IMG/VR virus record: IMGVR_UViG_3300032770_000001
Location: 124,001-188,000 of that record
Strand: one strand, 5' to 3'
Length of the DNA stretch: 64,000 nt
Shown piece after piece: positions 8,561-15,132 of the stretch. A program made the position numbers and the translations under genes. How positions within the stretch are numbered: position 1 is the first letter of the stretch; each line of letters opens with the position of its first letter. The notes below the pieces were generated by a model that saw only the letters and a list, made by a program, of their open reading frames with translations, made no database searches and was not told where the DNA came from.

Positions 8561-8589
8561 TTGACAGTGAATCGACTTTCTGGTATTGT
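8561..8589 (+). promoter_or_regulatory. Sigma70-type promoter of the Pro tRNA operon
   Basis: TTGACA 8561-8566, 17-nt spacer ending TGG, TATTGT 8584-8589. Confidence 0.8.
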
Positions 8590-8694
8590 ATATGTGTAGT
8601 CGGCCATGCGACAAGCTTCCTTCTAAACTTGCTCATTGGCGAACAAAAACAGCTTTCGCGATATCCGACTCATATATTAGGAGCTAGTCTTCAA

Positions 8695-8772
8695 ATGACA
8701 TTGATGCGACCAACGCCGACGTTTCGACCGTGCACACCTACCGTGCGCGGGGGAATCGGACACACCCTTTAG
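8695..8772 (+). CDS. Putative 25-aa Pro/Thr-rich leader peptide MTLMRPTPTFRPCTPTVRGGIGHTP
   Basis: AGGAG upstream; Pro codons CCA, CCG, CCG, CCT, CCT; followed by mutually exclusive hairpins. Confidence 0.6.
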   Translation: MTLMRPTPTFRPCTPTVRGGIGHTL

Positions 8773-8870
8773 GGTTCCGGTCGCACCCCGCGCTGCTAGG
8801 CGACGGGGCTCTGGCAAGTTGTGAATTTCCCAACATTACTGCCATTTTTACCCCGTCCTTGTGCGTAAGT

Positions 8871-8945
8871 CAGGGCGTGGTGTAGTGGTTGCATCCCGCA
8901 TTTGGAATGCGGTGGTCGCTGGTTCGACCCCAGCCGCCCTGACCA
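8871..8945 (+). tRNA. tRNA-Pro(TGG), divergent
   Basis: CAGGGCG/CGCCCTG acceptor stem, CCGCA-TTTGGAA-TGCGG, ACCA. Confidence 0.9.
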
Positions 8946-8950
8946 ATCAT

Positions 8951-9027
8951 CAGGGTAGAGTTGGGTCTGGTTCAATCCCCGCCTCGGACGCGGGTGTTCG
9001 CGGGTTCAAATCCCGCTGCCCTGACCA
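8951..9027 (+). tRNA. tRNA-Pro(CGG), divergent
   Basis: CAGGGTA/TGCCCTG acceptor stem, CCCGC-CTCGGAC-GCGGG, ACCA. Confidence 0.85.
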
Positions 9028-9043
9028 AATTTCTGAGGTCAGT

Positions 9044-9202
9044 ATGTTTGAGGCGAGTGAGTGGCGGCATAAAGGTTGTGGTGGTCAGCCCTGTGAGTTT
9101 GAGCCGGGGCGGTGGGCTTGCACGGGGTGCAAGCGTGCATGGTACGCTGGAGCGAACTTTTTCACGTACCTCGCAAACGTGGTCTTTGAAAAGAGAGTCT
9201 GA
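9044..9202 (+). CDS. Small Cys-containing protein (52 aa)
   Basis: MFEASEWRHKGCGGQPC...CTGC; short, support is weak. Confidence 0.4.
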   Translation: MFEASEWRHKGCGGQPCEFEPGRWACTGCKRAWYAGANFFTYLANVVFEKRV

Positions 9203-9350
9203 GGTGGAGCGACAGAGGTGGGCAAGTGGCATCGCTGCCTGTGTCGTTGTACGAAGCGTGGGGGCTTGCTCCTGCGTTAGTCCACAGTACAGCCTGCCCA
9301 ACCGATGCCGGATGGCTGCCGAGTCGCCCATAAATTTCGTTTCGAGGAAT

Positions 9351-9427
9351 CAGGATGTAGCTTAGCTTGGTAAAGCGCGTGCTTGGGGTGCACGAGACCG
9401 GGAGTTCAAATCTCCCCATCCTGACCA
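9351..9427 (+). tRNA. tRNA-Pro(GGG)
   Basis: CAGGATG/CATCCTG acceptor stem, CGTGC-TTGGGGT-GCACG, ACCA. Confidence 0.95.
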
Positions 9428-9459
9428 AAAATTTGAGAAGTAACAAGACCGAGGAAGGT

Positions 9460-9516
9460 ACATGGATGCTGGGGCGGTGTGCGCACACGTGAGTTCAATG
9501 CTCACTCCATGTACCA
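9460..9516 (+). ncRNA. 57-nt mini-tRNA (acceptor stem, T-arm and CCA; no D-arm or anticodon loop)
   Basis: ACATGGA/TCCATGT plus ACCA; GTGAG-TTCAATG-CTCAC T-arm. Confidence 0.55.
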
Positions 9517-9586
9517 TCGGATATTCCGACACGCTAAGATTGTACGGTGCGTGACATCGAGTGGAAGTCTCGAAACAGGTTTTTGA

Positions 9587-9658
9587 TGCGGGGTAGTGTA
9601 GTAGCGCACGGAAGTCTCATAAACTTCCAGACCAGTGCGACTCTGGCGACCGCAACCA
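9587..9658 (+). tRNA. Degenerate tRNA(CAT), Met or Ile2
   Basis: GAAGT-CTCATAA-ACTTC anticodon arm, short D-arm, T-loop TGCGACT, mismatch in the acceptor stem, ACCA. Confidence 0.7.
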
Positions 9659-9661
9659 TTT

Positions 9662-9737
9662 CGGTGTGTAGCTCAATGGCTAGAGCACTCGGTTTGGGGC
9701 CGAGGGGTTGGGGGTTCGAGTCCCTCCACGCCGACCA
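9662..9737 (+). tRNA. tRNA-Pro(TGG), canonical
   Basis: CGGTGTG/CACGCCG acceptor stem, CTCGG-TTTGGGG-CCGAG, ACCA. Confidence 0.95.
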
Positions 9738-9752
9738 TTTTGGAGAACGAAC

Positions 9753-10413
9753 ATGATTGTTGAAATTCGAGCAGCGGAAGGTGGAGATGACGCAAAGCTT
9801 CTCGTGTCCGACCAACTCACGATCTATGCGAGATTGGCGGCTCGGAGGGGTCTTTGAGTTTGAGATAACCGAAGAACGTCCCGGCATAGCGGTGTTTCAG
9901 GTGACGGGACAGGGAGCCCCGGCGTTGTTTGCAAATGAGAGCGGGGGGCACCGTTGGCAGCGAGTTCCGCCGACCGAACGATACGGACGACGGCAGACAT
10001 CGACAATCACTGTCGCAGTTTTCGAGGAGCCGAAGGTCGAAGAGATCAACATTCGTGCTCAGGATTTAGAGTGGGATACGTTCCGGAGCCGTGGTAAGGG
10101 CGGACAGAACGTTAACAAGGTCGAGACGGCTGTTCGCGTGACGCACAAGCCGAGTGGCTTGGTCGTGCGTTGTGAGAATGGCCGTAGTCAGTGGCATAAT
10201 AAGCGAACCGCTTTGCAGATTCTTGCGGCACGGTTGGAAGCGCGAGATCGAGAGCAGAGACAAAGCGTAGTGGTTGCAGATCGTCGGTCGCAGATCGGCA
10301 CAGGGCAGCGAGGCGACAAACGTCGTACAGCAAACGAGCGACAGGATCAAGTCACGGATCATGTCACCGGGCAGAAATGGCGCTATACTGATTACGTGAA
10401 GGGGAACTGGTAA
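9753..10413 (+). CDS. Class I release factor homolog (RF1-like PxT, GGQ, no N-terminal domain 1), expressed through a +1 frameshift at CTT-TGA 9852-9857
   Basis: ORF0 MIVEIRAAEGGDDAKLL...RRGL* (9753-9857); the +1 frame continues with RVPPTE, GGQNVNKVETAVR, RSQIG; GGAG RBS at 9742. Confidence 0.9.
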
Positions 10414-11024
10414 TGGAACAGTATCCGAGTATCGACGGTAGCAGCAAAGCACCCATAGGGGTTCCGTGCATCGCTTTTTATAAGTACGACGGCTCTAACC
10501 TTCGATGGGAGTGGAACCCCAAGAAGGGCTGGTTCAAGTTCGGTACGCGGACGCAGTTGTTCGGTAAGGATGATCCGTTGTGGGGCAAGGCGGTGCCGAT
10601 TTTCATGAACCAACTGGCGGATGAGATCGTGTACCGGGTCAAGCACGTGGAGCGGGGCTGTCAGCGGATCACGGCGTTCACGGAGTTTTTCGGATCGGGG
10701 ACATTCGCCGGACAGCACCCGGAGATGACTGGCGGCAGCGAGGAGAAGGAATTGAGGCTCTTCGATGTCTACCTGTTCAAGCGGGGCTTGATGAAACCTC
10801 GGCAGTTCGTGAAGAGTTTTGGCGATCTACCGCAGGCGGCTCAGGTGATCTATGATGGAAACCTGAACCGACAGTTCATCGAAGACGTTCGGATGGGGCT
10901 GTACCCAGTGAATGAGGGGGTGGTTGCGAAGGGTGACGATTTCATGGTGAAGATCAAGACCTACGCATACCTGAAGCGGCTGAACGAAGTTTACGGAACT
11001 GCATATCGGAACTATTGGGAGTAA
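10413..11024 (+). CDS. ATP-dependent RNA ligase-like nucleotidyltransferase
   Basis: KYDGSN, EFFG, FDV, EGVV, KIKT motifs; TAATG overlap with the release factor gene. Confidence 0.75.
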   Translation: MEQYPSIDGSSKAPIGVPCIAFYKYDGSNLRWEWNPKKGWFKFGTRTQLFGKDDPLWGKAVPIFMNQLADEIVYRVKHVERGCQRITAFTEFFGSGTFAGQHPEMTGGSEEKELRLFDVYLFKRGLMKPRQFVKSFGDLPQAAQVIYDGNLNRQFIEDVRMGLYPVNEGVVAKGDDFMVKIKTYAYLKRLNEVYGTAYRNYWE

Positions 11025-11100
11025 TTTTGAAGGCGATTTTTCAGTTTGTTCGCAGGATTTTTCGCCGGGGCGAGTATCGTCCTATAGGGTGTTGGTGAGG

Positions 11101-11177
11101 CGGGGATTAGCTCAGCTTGGTAGAGCGCACGCTTCGGGAGCGTGAGGTCGCAGGTTCGAATCCTGCATCCCCGACCA
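11101..11177 (+). tRNA. tRNA-Pro(CGG), canonical
   Basis: CGGGGAT/ATCCCCG acceptor stem, CACGC-TTCGGGA-GCGTG, ACCA. Confidence 0.97.
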
Positions 11178-11216
11178 ATATCAAACCCTTTAGATAGACC
11201 GATATTTGGAGTCCCC

Positions 11217-11642
11217 TTGGCAAACGACGATAGTTTTTTTGAAGGTGGAGAGCGGCAGGAGAACCTGAACCGCCATAACGCCCGGAAGGGTGGGTATGAC
11301 CCGTTTAGGGTCACCGCAGGTCAAGAAAGACGCGGTGAGCGTATTACGTGGGTCGATGTCTGGCTGGCTAATCCAGACGGAGCCGCCAATCACGATGAGG
11401 CTGAGGCACTCTCGGTAGGCGACGTAATGAAACACGTAGCGTCAGAGAACGATTTGTATGTAGGTTTTGAGAAAGAACTGGCTGAGGTTCAGCGAGAGTC
11501 TTTCGATGAGTCAGGTGTCAAGCTGGCGAACATGGGGTCGAGAGAGTTCTTCAAAGACTCCCCACCCCCGGCACCAGTACCCGCCCCACGTGTGGCGGCA
11601 CCAGTGAAGAAGTCGGATGACGATTTCTTCCCAAAATTTTAA
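11217..11642 (+). CDS. Acidic hypothetical protein
   Basis: TTG start after GGAG; Pro-rich tail ending DDDFFPKF. Confidence 0.5.
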   Translation: MANDDSFFEGGERQENLNRHNARKGGYDPFRVTAGQERRGERITWVDVWLANPDGAANHDEAEALSVGDVMKHVASENDLYVGFEKELAEVQRESFDESGVKLANMGSREFFKDSPPPAPVPAPRVAAPVKKSDDDFFPKF

Positions 11643-11643
11643 C

Positions 11644-11721
11644 GCCTGTGTAGCTCAGACTGGCTAGAGCGCCCGTCTCATAAGCGGGAGGTCGGGGGTT
11701 CGATGCCCTCCACAGGCACCA
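11644..11721 (+). tRNA. tRNA(CAT), elongator Met or Ile2
   Basis: GCCTGTG/CACAGGC acceptor stem, CCCGT-CTCATAA-GCGGG, ACCA. Confidence 0.92.
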
Positions 11722-11909
11722 GTTTTAGGGAGACCGGGAACCTGCGGGCCCTTCCGAGGCTATAGCACCAGCGGCAACGGTGATTAACTGCCCAAACACA
11801 GTATCGGATACCCGGCAATTCTATTCAACAGGAGGATGAAGCAGATGGCTAACCCTAGCATCACCGTACATACCGTGTAAGGTGTGGACGGTGGGAGGTA
11901 AAAAGCCAA

Positions 11910-12227
11910 ATGCGTCACCCTCGCACCCGCGACGAACGTCGCGCTGTACGCGAGCAGATCATTGCTCGTCGCAAATTTATCGCAACCCAGATTTGGGACA
12001 TTCCGTCCTACGTCCGCCCTCCGCATGAAGGCGAATGGAACCGTTGGTCGAAGCCAGAGGAATGGGAGCCATTTCAGTGGGGTCGCTACCACAAGTGGAA
12101 CATGAACTGTGGCGATACCATGTGTCATGGTGCGAAGTATTTCAAATGCGCTTCCAAGCGTCGTAAAGCACGCAAGGAAGCCGAGTCAACCGCCGAGTTT
12201 CGTCGTCGAAATAAGGCCATCGATTGA
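11910..12227 (+). CDS. Basic hypothetical protein
   Basis: 105 aa, Arg/Lys/Trp-rich; GGAGG upstream. Confidence 0.65.
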   Translation: MRHPRTRDERRAVREQIIARRKFIATQIWDIPSYVRPPHEGEWNRWSKPEEWEPFQWGRYHKWNMNCGDTMCHGAKYFKCASKRRKARKEAESTAEFRRRNKAID

Positions 12228-12252
12228 CAATGAAAAGACTTTGGACTAGCGT
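12224..12252 (+). promoter_or_regulatory. Possible sigma70 promoter of the ncRNA array
   Basis: TTGACA 12224-12229, 17 nt, TAGCGT. Confidence 0.45.
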
Positions 12253-12309
12253 ATTATTTATTGCGGGGTCTGGTTAAACCCTAGTGGCGATGACCACTCC
12301 CCGGTTTTA

Positions 12310-12505
12310 CCCCGGCACCCGATACGCAACGGGGCGCTAGTGATTAGGAAGGGTCGAGGCGAACTGCGTGCCCCCAAGGTGGGGCTAGCCGAAAGCCCGG
12401 ATAACGTCCGACGTGGTGCCCGGTTCTAGTCAACCGTCGTGCGTCTACCTTTCGGGGAATTACAAGTACCCGAAAGGACGTGATGATGCAGTGCACTTGC
12501 CGGGG
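12310..12505 (+). ncRNA. Structured RNA A (about 195 nt, class unknown)
   Basis: Closing stem CCCCGGCA/TGCCGGGG; CCTTTCGGG/CCCGAAAGG; GCCCC/GGGGC. Confidence 0.55.
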
Positions 12506-12526
12506 TTCTTTGATCTTTGATAGTTT

Positions 12527-12762
12527 TAGAGTCGAGTGGCCCGTGATTCAACTGGTTCAGTGGTTTCAGTAAGAGGGTCGAATGGCCTGTCAGGGACAAA
12601 TAGATACTCCCTGAGCGATGTTAGACCGCTATCCCCAGTATAAAAAACGCAGCAGCGGGGGCAGTATCCGTAAGGACTGCGGGAGGCTCCACGAAAAGGT
12701 GCTAGACAACCTGTGGGAGGCCGTATCGGGGTTCTAGCTAAACCGACCTGTGCTCGACTCTA
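12527..12762 (+). ncRNA. Structured RNA B (about 236 nt, class unknown)
   Basis: 11-bp closing stem TAGAGTCGAGT/GCTCGACTCTA; flanked by T-runs. Confidence 0.65.
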
Positions 12763-12770
12763 ATTTTTAT

Positions 12771-12862
12771 GGCGGATGCCCGGATAGCGTAAGCAGTCAC
12801 GTGAAAGTCGTGTTAACAGCCGGGGCGGGGATGTTGGCGTAAGCCAAGCGAACCATCCGCCA
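12771..12862 (+). ncRNA. Structured RNA C (92 nt, GNRA loops, ends in CCA)
   Basis: GGCGGATG/CATCCGCC closing stem; GTAA, GAAA and GTAA tetraloops. Confidence 0.6.
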
Positions 12863-12867
12863 AGGTT

Positions 12868-12939
12868 TTGCCGCTGTGGTATGAAACGCTACCAAATGGG
12901 CACGGTTCCGAAAGGACGCAATGGCCCTGCCAGCGGCAA
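12868..12939 (+). ncRNA. Structured RNA D (72 nt)
   Basis: TTGCCGCTG/CAGCGGCAA closing stem; TCC-GAAA-GGA hairpin. Confidence 0.55.
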
Positions 12940-12948
12940 CGTTTTTGA

Positions 12949-13025
12949 TGCGGGGTGGAGCAGTCAGGTAGCTTGTCGGGCTCATAACCCGAAGGTCGGC
13001 GGTTCAAATCCGTCCCCCGCTTCCA
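12949..13025 (+). tRNA. Initiator tRNA-fMet(CAT)
   Basis: Three G-C pairs in TCGGG-CTCATAA-CCCGA; unpaired 1:72 (U:U); CCA. Confidence 0.9.
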
Positions 13026-13029
13026 AGTG

Positions 13030-13318
13030 TTCGCCGCCGTGGGTTGTTAGTTGTACTCAGAGTGCCGTCAGGAACAGCAAGATCGTACTAGTACCTGAGA
13101 GCGCAACCCACGGTTTAGAGGCGATTGCCGTCACCTGCGGATGTAGTACGGTCTGGGCGTCAGGTGCGCCGGGTCGGTGACCCAGACCGGAGCGACATCG
13201 TTGACCGGACATTCCGGTTTCGTTAGCAGGTCCTCATGGGACATCAGCATGGTGCCTGAGTAGTGCTGAAGTTCGAGGAACCGCGAAAGCGTGAAACCTG
13301 TGAAGCGATCCTCAGGCC
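13030..13318 (+). ncRNA. Structured RNA E with an H-type pseudoknot
   Basis: CCGTGGGTTG/CAACCCACGG; crossing helices CACCTG/CAGGTG and CGGTCTGGG/CCCAGACCG. Confidence 0.6.
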
Positions 13319-13331
13319 GATCTTTGAAAAG
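13319..13331 (+). promoter_or_regulatory. rRNA-type boxA-like element
   Basis: GATCTTTGAAAAG between two structured RNAs. Confidence 0.55.
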
Positions 13332-13332
13332 T

Positions 13333-13482
13333 TTGCGGCGGCGTTCCCGGTGTCCCGTCAATAGACTGGTTCCTGACCGGATACGTGAGTAATCGTTCTT
13401 CAAGGGGTGAAATAAAAGAACGGCGCAGAACAGGTTCCTGCGCGTGGGGCTGTGATTTTCCAGCTACTACCTCTCGCCGCAA
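13333..13482 (+). ncRNA. Structured RNA F (150 nt)
   Basis: TTGCGGCG/CGCCGCAA closing stem; GCGCAG/CTGCGC and CGTTCTT/AAGAACG hairpins. Confidence 0.55.
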
Positions 13483-13489
13483 TATAACA

Positions 13490-14025
13490 AATCTGCAAGT
13501 TGCATTCCGATGCCCGAAGCGCCCGATGAGGGTTTGCGGACGGTAGCGTGACTTGCGGAGGGTAGGTGAACGGCTTCACAGCCGCCGTCGAAAGACGGGC
13601 AAGTCCGCCGTAAATTCGGGACGACGTTCACCCGGTCAGGCACTACTAAAACAGAACCGTGGGGTGCCGTCAGTCGAGAGACTGGATGTTTCTGATTGCG
13701 CATGGCATGGCGAGGTCTCCCTATGTTTGGACGGAGGCAGGCCCTTTTCGACAAGGGACATACGTCAGAGCGGAATCACGGTGGGTATGTGGTTGGAACC
13801 ATCCATGTAGTGGCCTGACGCCTAATTTCAGTTTCCGGTCGTGGCGGAAAAGAGACGATAAACAAATAGAGACGCTAAAACTCGCTGAGAGGATGTACCC
13901 TGATTTCGACAGGGATTCTCAGCCTGTGAGACTCTGTAGGTAGCACCCACGTCTGACAGATGTTAGTGGCTCGAAAGAGCAGCAGAGTCATGCACCGTGG
14001 AGAATCGGGAATCGGTGCCGACTGG
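13490..14025 (+). ncRNA. Large ornate RNA (about 540 nt; GOLLD/ROOL-like candidate)
   Basis: Many nested helices including a long-range 13635-13646/13807-13819 pairing, GNRA loops, no credible CDS. Confidence 0.65.
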
Positions 14026-14103
14026 AAGATTTTTGGAGACAACATGAATAGCACTCACACCCCGACCGGATGACCCTTGCTCATCCTTCGGAGGTAAGGT
14101 AAT

Positions 14104-14361
14104 ATGGCATGTGACACCTGTATCTTTCTGAACAACGTTCGGACCCGCCCGGTAGGGAAGGGAAAGGACGAGCAGAAAGGCGAGAAGCTGGAGCCCTGCT
14201 CCATGAAATATGCCTGCAATCCGTTTTGGGACGGAGCGCAGGGAGTGGGCAAGGTCGTGACTGAGTCGTACTGTGCGACCTGCTCGGAAGTAGCTGACAA
14301 ATGTGGATGCACGCAAGGATTGCGTGTGATCCGGCAGCGCAAGCTGCATTATGCTCGGTAA
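14104..14361 (+). CDS. Cys-rich small protein
   Basis: 85 aa with CxxC repeats; GGAGG upstream. Confidence 0.55.
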   Translation: MACDTCIFLNNVRTRPVGKGKDEQKGEKLEPCSMKYACNPFWDGAQGVGKVVTESYCATCSEVADKCGCTQGLRVIRQRKLHYAR

Positions 14362-14363
14362 CC

Positions 14364-14450
14364 ATGAAGATTGACGACGGAACATTGATGGCGATTGGAC
14401 TGCTGGTGTTTGCAGCGTTTTACATTCTGTCTCCATTGATCGTCGGGTAA
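14364..14450 (+). CDS. 28-aa single-TM peptide
   Basis: MKIDDGTLMAIGLLVFAAFYILSPLIVG. Confidence 0.45.
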   Translation: MKIDDGTLMAIGLLVFAAFYILSPLIVG

Positions 14451-14451
14451 G

Positions 14452-14645
14452 TTCGTGCGGCTGACTCGCCTTGAGCAGGGCTATCTTAGGTGCCCTGAGC
14501 GCACACAAGCTTCAGCAGCGACGGAGTTATGACCCGTAGGGGGTTATGAGCCCTTTGGCTGCTGAGAGGGAAGTGAGTACCAGTGGCAACCGCGAAAGCG
14601 CCGATGCCCACGCCCTCCGTCCAGTTGCCTACACGTGCGCAACCT
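14452..14645 (+). ncRNA. Pseudoknotted structured RNA G
   Basis: GCGCAC/GTGCGC closing stem; CAGCAGC/GCTGCTG; loop-loop GACGGAG/CTCCGTC; GGCAAC/GTTGCC. Confidence 0.6.
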
Positions 14646-14707
14646 TTGCTTTTGGACGTGAATATTAAAATGCGAAGGAACGTCATCATAACGTGGTATT
14701 AGGTAAT

Positions 14708-15034
14708 ATGGCTGCTGAAATTCTCGAAGACGTTTACTTGCACATTGGCAACGGTGGGGTCCAGTTTCAGGTCCACCGGGACAATAAAGGGCGTTGCCTC
14801 CTGAAGGTTGGAGCATCGCATTTCGGTCAGAAGACCAACACGATGGAGTTGCTTGTGACTCCCGATAGCCTGCGGCAGATCGGCGAAGCTTTTGTTCGCG
14901 CATCGCAGCAAGAGTTCCCCGGCAAGCCGTATGTTTACAGCGCCGAGGTTCCGGTGTACACTGGTTCTGGTAACGCCGAAAGCAGCACGGGCGGCGATGA
15001 ACCAAAGCAGGAACCGCAGCAATTGACAGTTTAA
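14708..15034 (+). CDS. Hypothetical protein
   Basis: ATG 6 nt after GGTATTA; 108 aa. Confidence 0.7.
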   Translation: MAAEILEDVYLHIGNGGVQFQVHRDNKGRCLLKVGASHFGQKTNTMELLVTPDSLRQIGEAFVRASQQEFPGKPYVYSAEVPVYTGSGNAESSTGGDEPKQEPQQLTV

Positions 15035-15090
15035 CGTTCCCGAACGCAAACCGGGTGGTGGATCGTATCACTGAGACGTGATGCCCCTGC

Positions 15091-15120
15091 GGGGCAACCA
15101 AAAGTTGCCCCCGTTGTTTT
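15091..15120 (+). terminator. Intrinsic terminator
   Basis: GGGGCAAC-CAAAA-GTTGCCCC followed by CGTTGTTTT. Confidence 0.65.
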
Positions 15121-15132
15121 ATCAAAGATTTT

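Noticed and set aside
9757-9855. TTG-started N-terminus of the release factor given by the ORF track
   Set aside because: The residues are non-homologous; the RF-like N-terminus with an RBS is in the frame starting at 9753.
13226-13301. Type III hammerhead ribozyme (GCAGG-TC ... GAAA-CCTGT stem III)
   Set aside because: The core reads CTGAAGT or CTGAGTA rather than CUGANGA, and stem I does not abut the core.
12797-13943. Short ORFs in the ncRNA region
   Set aside because: No RBS or protein-like composition; they cross tRNA-fMet and dense helices.
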